A stretch of 64,000 nt of DNA from the NCBI GenBank assembly GCA_964016885.1, contig OZ024744.1:59024001-59088000 (forward strand). Reading direction: 5' to 3'. Both the position numbers and the translations under genes were made by a program. The notes beneath the pieces were generated by a model. The model had not been told where the DNA came from. It saw only the letters and a list, made by a program, of their open reading frames with translations, and did no database searches. This DNA comes from Eledone cirrhosa. Taxonomy: Eukaryota. Shown here piece by piece: positions 42,067-55,674 of the stretch (the stretch's first letter is position 1; each line of letters opens with the position of its first letter).

Positions 42067-43668
42067 TAAATCTTTACAATTTTTATATTTTCAAAATTAT
42101 TTGAAAATAATATGCAGTTTTGTCATTAGAAATAGAAGGGTTAAATACAATTTTAACAAACTAGGATAAATTAGGATATATTAGGATAAATTAGGATATA
42201 TTAGACGTCTGATATGATAGTTTTAGGACTAAACAAGTACCCAGATATGACAAATACATATCTGTACAAACACAGCACAGGATTAACTGAGACTCCATGA
42301 ATGTGTATATAACTATACACATCACATTGACAGTATAGAAATGTAAACATATCAAATTTACATGTTTTCCTATAGAATTTAACATGTCCAGATATGAACC
42401 ATCCCCAGAGAATTAAAAAAAAAATAAACAGAGAAAGAAATAATGTCACGTTAGAATAAACATCAACAAATATATTCGTGCTAATGTTTCTGTTTTCCTC
42501 ACAGTTAAGTAATAATTAAGGTCAAGGTTGAAACATACTCTAAACCCCATTTATGGTTGTACTTGCGTTTCACAATTACGATCAAATTACATTAAAAAAA
42601 AATATATTACAGCAAGTTATGCAAATGTTTTGTGGCTTTGGCTGACAAAATAGCGAATATCTTACTTCGAAAAATAATGAGTGAAATAGCCAGTTTACTT
42701 TATGGGGTCTGTACCTACAAATAGGTATCTCCATCCTGATAAAACTGAGAAGGGTGGTGAGTCGGAGGCTCATGTCACCGGATGTATCCAACGCTACAAA
42801 TTCAACAAGAAATCTATCAGTGAGCAAACAGTACTTTGTCAGTTTGCGATCTTAAGCCTACAGATCGACGGGACCTGGGTCTGTAAAAAAACTCACCAGG
42901 TTGCCACTAGAGAAAATATTGCTGCAGGTCGTAACCAAGATTAGAGAATGACCGGAAACATCTCTCTCGTACATTTGCTGTTATTTCATTGTTATCCAAC
43001 GTATTTTGTTGAATATTTAATATCCTTTTATAGTTAAACTAAGCAGTATCTTCATGTGTTGGTTAACTTTTCTCTACCTGCATCCCCTAGTGACTAAACC
43101 TGTATTTGTATTCAAAACACATTTCTCAATCTTTTTATCTTTTTCAAAAATAAGATGGCGGACAACGATTTTGCTTCCGCAAGACAGAACAGCGGGCTGT
43201 CCATATGATGGAACACCCAAAGTTAAAAAATAAATGATGGCAACAACAACAACAACTACTACTACTACTCTGCGCAGGAAAATTATAAAGTGAACTTTCC
43301 GTAACCAAAAAAAATCAACACCATCGTCACCACCTCAAGAACTTCACCATAAAATGAACACAACAAAAAACAACACTAACACAAACACTACCACCATCCT
43401 CACCGACACCACTGCAACAACAAAAAATATAACAAACAAAAAGAATAAATAACTGTAACGCAGACACGAACCACAATAACAACAGTAACAATACATTTGC
43501 AGCAACGGCTTCCATGGGTATAGAAATGTTTGATATGAACATTTTAGAAAAAGAAACGTTTGGTCCAAGCAGCCAAACTGATCAAATACAAAAATCATGT
43601 GCGGACGTAGCCACCCACCTCGAGGTGTTAGCAGAAACTAAAATAAAACCATAATTTATAAATGCGTG

Positions 43669-46600
43669 TTTAGTGTAATGTCTACGTAACTATAACCACT
43701 AATTTTTATAAAGAAAAGGATAAGATATTTTTACATAACACCATGTCGAATGAGAGTTAATTCCCATTACGAAGGTAATGAAAAAACGTAAGCAGTTTCT
43801 CGGAACGAGTATCAAATATGTCTTCATTTTTATTGTAGCTCTATGTTATAATTGTTGTAAACAAATATCCTCGTACATAACTAGGTATAGTCCAGATCCA
43901 TGATAAGTAGTTAGAGAAAAGTTAACATGCTTGTCTTCAGTGTTGTCAATTCGAAGGAAGGCGGCAAAAGAGAGTATACCTTTGGCGTAACCATGCCTGG
44001 CCTTAAGGCCAGGCGGCCAAGAGGTGAAAAAGAGAAAAATAGCTTTGAGCTCTATCCTTTATAGTTTTCTGGACGGAAGTTACAAAGAAGGTTCTGGAAT
44101 TTCAACGGGAAGTAATTCCAGCTACTTCCTGTCTAGAGAGCGCTACAAGACTCCCCTCTTAGACGAGAAGTCGAATGACCAAATGAAATCATTGTAGCTA
44201 GAACATGAGGAGCAAAACAAAAGGTACAAGAACATGAATGAATAAAACATGAGCAAGCAAATAGCAAAATGAGCATAAAACAAGTAATGCATTTTTACAA
44301 AGAATGTTTGAATGTAACGAATGATAAATCATAGTCATACAAAGGAGCAGAGAATATTGATGCTCAATGGTAAATCGATGTTTTTCACAGTCAAATAGTT
44401 CATACATCACTAGTGTACAGACTTTTCTGACACTAGTTCTATCTGAAAACTGAAAAAGAAGAGGTATGGCAATGCATGCCATTGGGGTTTAAATGTATAT
44501 TGTTTTTTGAGAGTTTTCGTGGCCATTTTTACAACTAAATACAAAGAGTTGAGTTGAGTTGAGATAATATGTCAAACAAACAGTAACAAACAAAATTAAG
44601 AGTTTCAAGCAGAGGAATGCACGGTCTACTGGCAAGTAGCTTAGCTACTGTTTAGACCAGAAGGGTGAAAAATAAGTAAAAATGAATTCGGACACATCAC
44701 CAGTGTGAAAACGCTGAAAAAGAATGAATGAATGAATGAATGAATGAATGAATGAATGAATAAATGCAAGAAGAAAATTATGAATGAGGCGCTAAGGGGC
44801 CAGTGTTATGTATGCCACTGTGTCAAATGACTGGCTGTTTGCTATTTATAACATGACCACCCAGGGGCTAATAGAAAACAAATAAAGTCTGACATGGGTG
44901 AAAATGTGCAAAATGTTTTCAAAGTTGCTGTTCTTGCATTAATTGTTATAAAAGTTGTTGTTCGGCGGTGGGGGTAAAAGTATGAAACTACCACTTCTGT
45001 TATGTTGCTGTGAAATCGCCGTTGGTGTTGTGGCTGTAGTTGTTGTGGTAAATGTTTTACCAGTAGCTGGTGTTGGTGATGATGCTGTTCATGTCCAACG
45101 ATTCCAAGGTAGGTTGGTCAGTTGCAATGGCAACTAAATCGATATGTGCAGGAGACGCAAGAGAACACACAGAAAGTCGAGATAGTGCGTCGGCAGGTAT
45201 GTTGGAAGTTCCAGCTATGTGACGAATGTCACTGGTATACTGTGAGATGAGATCCCGATACCTATACGCTCTCGGAGAGAGCTTGGATTGTAAAGCGAAC
45301 GTTAACGGTTTGTGGTCCGTGAATATCGTGAACTCCCGCCCCTCCAAAAGGTGGTGGAAGTGCTTCACGGCAAGATAAATCGCCAAAAGTTCTCTGTCAA
45401 AGGTGCTGTATCTCTGTTCTGCTGGTTTTAATTGGCGAGAGAAAAATCCCAATGGTTGAACTTGGTGATCGATTACATGATGCAAAACTGCGCCAACAGC
45501 ACGATCAGATGCATCAACAGATAAGGAAAGTCTCGCATTTGTAACAGGATGGGCAAGGAAGGAAACTTTAGCTAGCTCAGACTTGACGGATTTAAAAGAC
45601 TACAATGCATCGGCAGAAAGTGAAATTTTTTCATCTTTCTTTTTTGCAGCCTTAAAAACTGTGTCGAGGGGAACAACTTGTCCGCACAGTTAGGAATAAA
45701 GCGACGATAAAAGTTAATTAATCCCAAGAAATGGCGTAATTGTTTCAAGGATGTTGGTGGTGATAATTGCTGAATCGCCTCTACTTTAGCTGGCAATCTG
45801 GAACAAGTGGTCTGGGTGAGCCAGTAGAAATACCGCAGAGAATTTTTCCTTCAGAAGATGGAAGAGGTAAATATTCCAATTTGCAGCAGGAGAACTGGTC
45901 AGAGGAAATGTTCAGATAAGTTTCTTTTAAGTAGCTGACCGCCGAACGAACGTGCATAAAAATTCACAGCAAGTGACGTCAATTTACGACGCAAGGTGTC
46001 GCAATTTTTTTACTGGCATTAATAAAGTAGCTCGTGGCCGAACTATTTTTTGAGTTGAATAGCAATGAGTGTGTTGGTAAAATCCACCGCGCGGGAAAAT
46101 GACGAAACGAAGAAGACAAGATGGCTGCTCGAAAATGAAAGAGGAAGGCAGCAGTCGCCATATTGGTTGTTGGTCTTAAACAAAAGCTTGGTTGAACGAG
46201 AAAGACACAAGGTGTAATTTTCAGAAAAAGAAATATCATGTTCAAAAATGAAAGAGTCCAATTTAATGAATGGTTCGTAGTAAGATGTAGCGAAAGTGTA
46301 AACAGTCAAGTTAGAAGCATTTGAACGTTGTCACCACGTGAGGTGGGAATAGAAATTTTTTTTTTTTTCTTCATTCTTCAGTTGGTGTTATTTTACGTTA
46401 GGGTCACCATTTTAGTGGTTGGTGTTTCACTCCGTCAGGGTCACCATTTTAGTGTAATGTCTACGTAACTATAACCACTAATTTTTATAAAGAAAAGGAT
46501 AAGATATTTTTACATAACACCATGTCGAATGAGAGTTAATTCCCATTACGAAGGTAATGATAAAGCGTAAGCAGTTTCTCAGAACGAGTATCAAATATAA

Positions 46601-46912
46601 GTCTTCATTTTTATTGTAGCTCCATGTTATAATTGTTGTAAACAAATATTCTCGTACATAATTAGGTATAGTCCAGATCCATGATAGGTAGTTAGAGAAA
46701 AGTTAACATGCTTGTCTTCAGTGTTGTCAATTCGAAGGAAGGCGGCAAAAGAGAGTATACCTTTGGCGTAACCATGCCTGGCCAAGAGGTGAAAAGGAGA
46801 AAAATAGCTTTGAGCTCTCTCCTTTATAGTTCCCTGGATGGAAATTACAAAGAAGGTTCTGGAATTTCAACGGGAAGTAACTCCAGCTACTTCCTGTCTA
46901 GAGAGCGCTACA
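43669..46912 (-). mobile_element. Internally deleted Ty3/Gypsy LTR retrotransposon
   Basis: LTRs 43669-44147 and 46448-46912; TSD CGTG; PBS TGGTGACCCTGACG; PPT AAGAGGGGAGTCT. Confidence 0.93.
45057..45800 (-). pseudogene. Gypsy RT thumb / RNase H fragment
   Basis: LRHFLGLINFYRRFIPN, VDASDRAVGAVL, FFSRQLKPAEQRYSTFDRELLA, TDHKPL, NIPADALSR. Confidence 0.93.
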
Positions 46913-47899
46913 CGTGTCTACAAACACAAAACAGCGGAGTCCAAAATAACCAGACCGGCGGAGAAAGAGCACTGACAGATGTAATGTACCACATACATCA
47001 CGTTACTAGGGTCAAGCAGTATGCAGGCATATCAGTGCTCCTTAAGAGTGAAGCCCTGTTCGTTAAACATTCGGTGGCACCCTGTCGGAGAGAGAAGCAT
47101 ATTCTCTACCCATCTTTCTTCAGCTCATCTAAACATACACATACACATAGTTATTCACACCAGCCCAAACACACTACCACCCATATCCAACACAGATTCT
47201 GAAGACACCAGTACCTTCTCATCTCGTTGTGAAGATGAGAGGGACGCCAAAAACCAAAAAGAAAAAAGACAAAAATGAAAACACAAAAAAGCATCTTGCC
47301 TCACAGAAACACACTCGCCAGAAAACAGCGAATACAGACATATCTACAACAACCCCGACCCCCAGCAACACCTCAACTGCCAACACAACAACCGTTAGGT
47401 TATCCATGAACAGCAGGTGATTTACTTTAAACTCATGTCCTTCCTACCCGTAACCAGCCTTTGACCTTCTCAACACCAATGAAAGTGGGATCATACACGA
47501 TACAAACAGCAAAAGCGAAATACTGTCTCCCTGAAATATTCCTCTCTTGATCTTCACAACTCCCAATGTCTGTCTACATGATCTCAGCTCAATCTTCCAA
47601 CCGTCCATACTGCTCACCAGAAACTGTCTATTATTAGTATCGCAAAAAAAAAAAAAAAAAAAAAAATTAATTCAATTTCTTGCATCAACATTATATGATG
47701 GATGGTAGAAATGGCAAAGAAACAGCATAGCGAAACATCTAATATAGAGTGGGAGATGCTGTCAACACTTGACTCGGAAAAGAAACGTATCAGTATCCGT
47801 ATAAGGGAAACGAATTTGGATGTCCTTTAAACAATATCATTTTGAATGATATTGTTTTAAGGACAAAAACAGTTACAACAACAACAGCAACAACAATGA

Positions 47900-49205
47900 C
47901 GACGATACGACAACATAGACAATAATAAAAACAACAACAATGGAAACAGCGAGGTGATAAACAAGACCATTGGAAAAAATAACAAGAATGAAGATAAGAA
48001 CAGCAAACAACAACTATAAAAAGGAGATCAACAACAACAACTACAACAATAACATTAGCAACAACAGCAGCAGCAGCAACAACAATAATATCAGCAATAA
48101 TATCAGCGAAAATAACAGCGAAAATAACAACAGCAACAACAATAACAACAACAATAATATCAGCAATAATATCAGCAAAAATAACCGCGAAAATAACAGC
48201 AATAACAGCTGCAACAACAACAACAACAATAATATCAGCAACGATATCAGCGAAAATAACGGCAATAACAGCAGCAGCAACAACAACAACAACAATAATA
48301 ATATCAGCAACAACAACAACAACAATAATAATATTAGCAACAATATCAGCGAAAATAACAGCAATAACAACAGCAGCAGCAACAACAACGAAGACGACGA
48401 CGACGAACCAACGAACAAACCAGTTAATAGTACTACTAAAGCTTCTTTTGCAAGTGCCATCAAGTCATCTTTCAGAAAAATAAGCTTTTCTGAAGATGAA
48501 ATACAAGAAGCCAAGAACGTTGTAGAAAAGACTGGTTGTATTGTCAGCCTCAAGACTCCCTTCAAAACATTTCAAAACACGATACGTTGCACAGTGACAT
48601 GTATTATTGGGTTAAAAACGAGGAAGGTAGAGAGAGCCTCAGAGGCTCAAATTCAGAAGATTTACGTTCTGTAGGGAACTTAAAAACCTATATACAAAGA
48701 TGTAGGACTTTTAGCACGGTGGAGGTGGGATTTGATACGGATGAAGAAGCAAGATATCACTCTATGAAACCCCTACAGAGTGATCAGATCCTGCTAGTCC
48801 CATTCTAATGAATGAAACTAGTAAGGATCAGAATTTCCCAAATAATTGTTTCTACTTTAGGCACAAGGCCAGCAATTACCCAGTGCATTACTGGTACTTT
48901 ATTTTATCGACCCCCTAAGGATGAAAGGCAAAGTCAACCTCGGCGGGATTTGAACTCAGATCGTAAAGGGACGTAACTATGCTGGAAAGCATGGTGTCCG
49001 ACTCTCTACCGATACTGCCAAATTTCCCAAATAATGCCGGAAATAGCTTTTCCTCGTCTAATAGCGGCAGTCATGGTGGGCAATAAGGAAAATTCGAAAA
49101 TCCTCGAGGTCTACCAGACTAACAAAGAGAATTGGTCGGGAATGGGGGTCGAAATCCTTATGCAAACAACGCAAAGGAATTTAGACGCCATCCTCGAGCA
49201 AATAC
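47900..49205 (+). pseudogene. Asn-rich ORF1-like relic (Tx1/L1-like), interrupted by a SINE
   Basis: (AAC/AAT/AGC)n linker, KASFASAIKS, then frameshifted coding-like sequence that continues across the SINE. Confidence 0.5.
48847..49020 (-). mobile_element. tRNA/Meta-type SINE with 15-bp TSD
   Basis: AATTTCCCAAATAAT at 48832-48846 and 49021-49035. Confidence 0.93.
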
Positions 49206-49929
49206 ATTTGACTTTCATCCTTCGGGGTCGATAAAATAAAGTACCAGTAACGCACTGGAGTTGATTAATCGACATTCCCCTCTCCCAAAATTGCTGGTCT
49301 TGTGCCTATAATAGAAACCATTATTTTTATTATTATTTACAATTTATGGGGTGGGCTGGTGTACGCGTAGGTTAATATAGAAGCTTCATCTGATTTTGAA
49401 GGTGAATCTTAAATAGAATTGCTATAGTGATAGTCAGTTACGGGTAACAGAAAACTATTAAAGAAAATGTCAAACTTGTTGGTTCAAAGTTTGTATGAAA
49501 TATCATACAACAATTATGGACGATAGAGAGAATACGAGTATTATAACTGAAACCGTTCTTGCAATGAGCACTTCTAGGCCACCAGGTTGACCTTAAAAGA
49601 AAAGATCAGCGAAACAAGCTTGATTCTTCATAGAAAGAAACTGCAAGTATATTTTCAGTAAAAAAAGGCGAATGAATCGTAAAAAAAAAAAGGAAAAAAC
49701 AAACAGTGAATGCATCTTCATAAAAAGTAACAATGAATTAAACTTTATAGGAAAAAAAAAAAAACAGTGAATGAATCTCTGTACGAAAACAACATCAACC
49801 AGGCGCATTACTATACATTAAAGAATCGATTTTATGCAAATTTGTATAATTAGATTAAATATGTAATAATTGCCTGTGGTCAATAAATAAATCACTAAAC
49901 ATATTTTCCAAGTAGCAGCATTATGGAAA

Positions 49930-50414
49930 CTAGCAGAAAAACCACCCTTCGGGTGGTTTTCTACTAGCATGTGTAGTGTGTATATTGATATTATACGCAA
50001 GTATATATTACATGTAGATATGATACATCAAATAAAATCGTAATTGACAATATACACAGAAATTGAACGAAGACTGTGTTACACTGTCTTATGTAATCAG
50101 TAACGTAATCCATGATACATTTAAAAAAGACGATATTATATATAAACTGCATTGGGAGAAAATTAGCGACAGAAATATATGAATATTTATTTAAGCGACC
50201 GCTAACCGGAAGTGTTGACATTTGAACATTTTAAAGAAATGAATCAAATAATAAATAATAATAATATATTTAATGAACAGCTACGAAATTTAGTAGATAA
50301 ATTATGTAATATTCATTCATTATTTATTCAAATTAATCCAACTTATTTTACTAATGGGATAAAAAATTATAAACCGTACTCAGTCCCGCGCTTCTTATTT
50401 TATTATAGTTTAGA
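49930..50414 (-). mobile_element. Non-autonomous Helitron, copy 2
   Basis: Same length and termini as 40707-41191. Confidence 0.8.
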
Positions 50415-51146
50415 TTATCCAAAGGGGAGACATGGAATTATGACCTGTTACATGATTTGGCGTAGGTAAGTGTGGACCATGTAGTGAAGAATGTAGGCTC
50501 GGTAATTTTCTTAGTGTGGTCAGAACAAGAAATGTCAAAAACTAGGTTTATCAGTGAGTTGAAATTATTTTATTTGAAATAGGTGGCTCATGATTGGGAG
50601 AAAGGGATGCACATTTTAGAGCTGGTCTAGCGCGCTAAACACCCCAGCACCGGTACTAGTTATCTGACCGTCAACGTGATTTCTTTTTACATATAACATT
50701 GCCATAAACTTCTTTGTTTCAACCTCGTCGAATTCATTTCCATGCCACCCTTGCATTAATATTTATAACATAGACATACGACCAGAACAATTCAATTGAT
50801 ACTACTATTACTTGACTGATACTTATGCATTGACCTCAATTCATTATTATGTATCCACCACCATGTCTGTCTCAAGGACACTACACGATTTTATGAGGTG
50901 AATGTTTATATCCTATGGCTATCACAGATAACTTCTTTAAACCAACGTCAAATTCTGTAGATTATATTTAAAGTCTTTTAATTCAGACAGAGAAATAGAA
51001 GTTATTCAATCGGTCGTTGGATAGAATGATTTGCGTTATTCATTCTGGAGCCCTATGTCTCCTGAGTTCAATTGTTATTGTAGAGAGCTTTGTCATTCAT
51101 CCTTTCGACGTCATTAAATGAAATACCAGTCAAGTACAGGAGCTAA

Positions 51147-51355
<209 letters not shown>

Positions 51356-51431
51356 TATAAAGAAAAAGAGATGAAATCGAAAATGCAACTGAAGTCTTAT
51401 TTTTTAAAAAAATATATATATTTATTTGGTT

Positions 51432-51469
51432 CCTTTACCGGTTTCGCAGTTCTTCTGCTTTTCAAAAGG
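51432..51469 (-). ncRNA. Type I hammerhead ribozyme, U3-A8 variant
   Basis: CCTT-TTGAAAA-GCAG AAGAA CTGC-GAAAC-CG-GTA-AAGG; stems I and II perfect, palindromic ACCGGT stem III. Confidence 0.85.
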
Positions 51470-51571
51470 TGAGTTGAGATGGAGGGTCTGTGGTTTTTCT
51501 CTTTATAGGTGTAGGACACCTCGGTTATTTTTTCATTTTGTAAAAAAAACCTCACTTTCTAATATATATAT

Positions 51572-51627
<56 letters not shown>

Positions 51628-51811
51628 TAACAGATTAAAGTTTAAGCAAAGAATTGCTGCTTTCACCCTTAACGGGATCTTCTGAAACTGCTCACTCTTT
51701 GGTTATTGTATTCTATCTTAGTTTACTAGTGTGTGTTTATATGTGTTTGTTGTTATTGTGCTTGTGTATATATTTATTTATTTATCTATATATCTAAAAC
51801 AGAGAATGTAT

Positions 51812-52309
51812 ATAAATATATACACAAGCACAATAACAACAAACACATATAAACACACACTAGTAAACTAAGATAGAATACAATAACCAAAACACAGTCA
51901 CCCAAACGCGAACACACAGAGCAAACACACACGCAAACGCATGCGCAGAGACGAAGACAAAAATAAATAAATAAATAAACAGATAAAATAAAAATGGCTA
52001 GATATACAATACAACAGGAGGAACAGAATAGTACCACTGATGATGTTGCAGATGTGCAACGAAAGAACTTTGTTAGACTATATATATATAAGTATTTATA
52101 TCTGTATTTTTGACCGTTGGTCAGTCAGTGATAAACATTGAGGACCAAATGAATTAACTATGGAGATATAAAAGATACAGAAGCGAAAACCAACCAAACA
52201 GTGAGTGTGTTCTGTTATCATTTCTGGCAATATTATTACAACAATATGACCCTCACCAAGTATAACAATATTTGTTTCGAAACACGATTTCATATCAAAA
52301 ACCTTGCAA

Positions 52310-52316
<7 letters not shown>
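51812..52316 (+). mobile_element. Penelope 3'UTR/pLTR with hammerhead-like motif (52033-52074) and ORF-start extension
   Basis: CTGATGA-T-GTTGCA GATG TGCAAC-GAAA; ends MTLTKYNNICFETRFHIKNLAK; homologous to 58463-58720 and 58930-59160. Confidence 0.75.
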
Positions 52317-52363
<47 letters not shown>

Positions 52364-52375
<12 letters not shown>

Positions 52376-52705
52376 GAAGTTATATTTAATTTGTTGGGAT
52401 TCAACAAGCTTAAACATTTTATAACTGATATAAACCACTCAACAGTTAACTGGAGTAAATATTCAATATATTAATAAATGGAAACTATATTTATAAAACC
52501 ATAATTATTTTATTATATATATTTCACTGCCTTGGTTGCCCTTGAAATATATATAATAAAATAATTATGGTTTTATAAATATAGTTTCCATTTATTAATA
52601 TATTGAATATTTACTCCAGTTAACTGTTGAGTGGTTTATATCAGTTATAAAATTTTTAAGCTTGTTGAATCCCAACAAATTAAATATAACTTCTGCATAT
52701 ATATA
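52364..52705. repeat. Palindrome (~163-bp arms, 16-nt spacer) centred in hammerhead stem II
   Basis: Each arm starts TGAAATATATATAATAAAATA, the 3' half of the hammerhead family seen intact at 14851-14916. Confidence 0.85.
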
Positions 52706-52804
52706 ATAGTCTCTTTCTCTTGTGTTACGTGTTTCCGCGTGGCTGTTTTGGCGACATACACACCATCTGATGAGAACCTAACTACGTTCGAAAATCGATT
52801 AAAA

Positions 52805-52999
52805 TAGACCTGCCAACCTCTAAAAAACAGACTGGGAAGTACCATGAAAAAAAAGTGCCCAAAACGGGGAGAAATGAGGCAAAATGGGGAGATTTTACAT
52901 AATGAAAGCTATACCCATTTTCACAAGAAAAGAGATCTCTCACCCAGGCCAAAGTGGGTGGGAGATCTCCTCGTCCGACGGGGAGAGTTAACAGGTCTG
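52805..52999. mobile_element. Possible hAT-type MITE
   Basis: Imperfect TIRs TAGACCTGCCAAC / GTTAACAGGTCTG; no clear TSD. Confidence 0.5.
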
Positions 53000-53128
53000 A
53001 TAATGTTTCGATTCCAGTAGACAATAAAGAAATCCTTATTTCCATCGTGTATTCTACAATCGAGTTTCCCACTCGCCCCACTTCTCCCAATTCTTTTAAA
53101 AACTGTTTTACATACAGACATAGCTGTA

Positions 53129-53193
<65 letters not shown>

Positions 53194-53254
53194 ATCGTTG
53201 TAAATCGAAGTTTACCTGTTGTACAGCAAATACTATTCGTAGCAAGCACTGTCG

Positions 53255-53880
53255 TCGATTGATATTTTCTTTAACAACATGTAAAAGGTCACATACACGT
53301 ACACCATGTCCGAACACAGAGGAGCCAAACTACCATTGTCATGGCCTCCATCTCTCTCACCCTCCCCATCTCTCACTATTGTGAGCAAATGGGGTCCAAC
53401 GCGCTGGTCGCCCCGTGGCCCCGGTGGACAGAATAGTGAACTCTCGAGGTTCACACCTGTGGCTAGTCAGCTCTATGCCTATGGTGGTGAGTAGGGAGGT
53501 AGCCCTAGGGCCAAGGACACCAGAAGTTCCCATTGCTAGGGGTTCGCCTGCAAACCTGTCGGAGAGCGACCGATATTTAGAGAGTTTACCCTCCTCGGCC
53601 CGAAGTGCAGCAGCTTGCCGCTGGAGAAAGTGTCGCTGCATATGGCATCCCAGATGAGAGGTTTACCATCGCGGAACGAGAAGATGGTCATGTCGTCTGG
53701 CCTTTTGTTATCCCCTCGGTCCAGCCTCGACGGCTCGAGCTAGGAGGGGAAGCTTGCAGCATCCAAGCCATGCTTTATGATATCGTTGTGAGCAGCATGG
53801 CGTATAAGGCGGCCGGCACTGTAGCGACAGGACAGCGGGTGGAGGCCGAAAGAGTCTACGGTGACAATGATTCAGAAAAA
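53255..53880 (-). pseudogene. 3' part of a restriction-like-endonuclease (CRE-like) non-LTR retrotransposon
   Basis: DSFGLHPLSCRYSAGRLIRH..ND, EPSRLDRGDNKRPD, LIWDAIC, AEEGKLSKY, PLAMGTSGVLG. Confidence 0.8.
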
Positions 53881-53914
53881 CATTATGTACGTGAGGAAAA
53901 CCTTACTTCTCAAA

Positions 53915-55413
53915 TCTAATATATATTTCAAATCTAATATATATTTGTGAAATAGGTGGTGGTTGAAATTCAGTTGTGCACGGTTAAATGGTAGTAGACG
54001 TGGTCGGACGGACATGAAAATTTACACACCTAAGTAAAAAGTGCCAAGGAAGCAAATAGACGAGGTTTCAAATCTCTAACTTGAAAAATGTGGTCCCTAG
54101 CGCCACAAGACGGTCTATTTACTATCGCGTTCGGTGAGTTATTTCCCCCTGTTCTAATACTTTCAATATTCATTGTCTTATTTACAATTTCACACAAATT
54201 TTTAAACTCATCAATTTCTTTCGCAGCGTTCTTTCGCTGTTAACATACAGTACCGTTTTATGAAATCGATTCTGCAGTACCATTTTACGAAATGCCAAAC
54301 CGAAAACGGTCACTGTTTTCCATCAATAGAAATAAAACCCTTAAATTGCGAAGAAAGGAGGCATGTGCTCAAGTACGTTTTTTCCGATATCATTTTTATT
54401 TTAGTTCTAATACATGTTAACCACCACTAACAGTAAGTAGTATTTTTCAAAGTCAAATGAAAAGTTTAAAGTATACATGCATGTAAACTTAATGAATGGG
54501 ATCTATAAGCCTTTAATTTAAATACTTCTACAACGATCATACAGTACCGTTTTATGAACTTAATGAATGGGATCTATAAGCCCTTTGGTTGCCAAGTTAA
54601 TTCATTCAGTTTTTTTTTTAATCTAATATATATTTATGAAATGGGTTGCCGAGTTAATTCATTCATTTTTTTAAAAATATTCATTGTAATCTTAATGAAT
54701 GGGATCTATAAGCCGTTTGGTTGCCGAGTTAATTAATTCAGTTTTTTTTTAAAATTCATTGTAAACTTAAGGAATGGGATCTATAAGGCTTTTGGTTGCC
54801 GAGTTAATTAATTCAAGTTTTTTTTTAAATATTCATTGTCTTATTTAAAATAACATATCAAAGACAACGTTATTTCGCTGTTAATAAACTGTTGCCTTCT
54901 ACAGTACGTTTCATTTTTCAATTACAGTTGCTCTATATTAAATTTAAATACTTCTATAACGATCATACAGTACCGTTTTATGAAATCGATTCTGCAGTAG
55001 AATTTTACGAAATGCCAAACCGAAAAAGGTCACTGTTTTCTAACAAAAGAAATAAAACCCTTACATTGCGAACGCCCTGTTCTAATACTGGGGTTAGTTA
55101 TTTTCCCCTCTTCTAATAAACGGCTAATATATAGAGGCCCCTCTTGCTGACCAGGGCAATCAAAGTGTAAACTATCATACAAACCTTCATAATCTGCATT
55201 TTCAAACTTGCAAATCATCGACATTGCTATTTCGCTGTTAATAAACAACGCTTTTCACGTCGCCCCACTTCTCATTGTACGCCGTCCAGCCCCAAGTGCA
55301 TATTTCTATTTTTTTTTCCTGAAACTGCTTATTTATAATAAACTTTCAATAATATTTTTCAAATATTAACTTAATAAAAAGTGGCCCCGGGTGCAACTGG
55401 GCTCAGCTGCTAG
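53915..55413 (+). mobile_element. Non-autonomous Helitron with internal tandem repeats
   Basis: A|TCTAATATAT start (duplicated 18 bp); 3' hairpin GCCCCGG..CTGGGC + CTAG|T; irregular internal repeats at 54488-54830. Confidence 0.75.
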
Positions 55414-55674
55414 TAAATAAATAAATCGGATATTGTTCTTCAATCAGAAAAGATTCGTACATTTAAGAAAGTGGGTGTTATGTCACAACACTAACATCAT
55501 TCTATTTATATTACCATGTCTTGGATCCTTAACGCCTTCACTTCATATTACAGCGACCTGGAAGTAATAACAGTAACCGTCTCGTTTATGTTCCACTTTT
55601 GGACAGGAAATTGTTATTGCCAATTAGCCAGTACATATGTGTGTGAGTGTTTATGTGCGTACGGGTACGCGAGG

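Larger units (their letters stand above)
43150..47666 (+). mobile_element. Decayed L1/Tx1-like 5'/ORF1 region with poly(A), split by the Gypsy insertion
   Basis: CA-rich ORF1-like sequence at 43150-43668 continues at 46913-47640; A-run at 47644-47666. Confidence 0.4.

Noticed and set aside
42600-42950. Possible host exon
   Set aside because: Short ORFs with no recognisable motif or convincing splice context.
52425-52497. Inward-pointing hammerhead in the palindrome arm
   Set aside because: Core CTGATAT is wrong; the opposite orientation matches the intact motif at 14851.
52762-52805. CTGATGA-GAAC..GTTC-GAAAATCGATTA as a functional hammerhead
   Set aside because: Core and stem II are good but stem I is unpaired, perhaps disrupted by the adjacent MITE; counted only as a weak relic.
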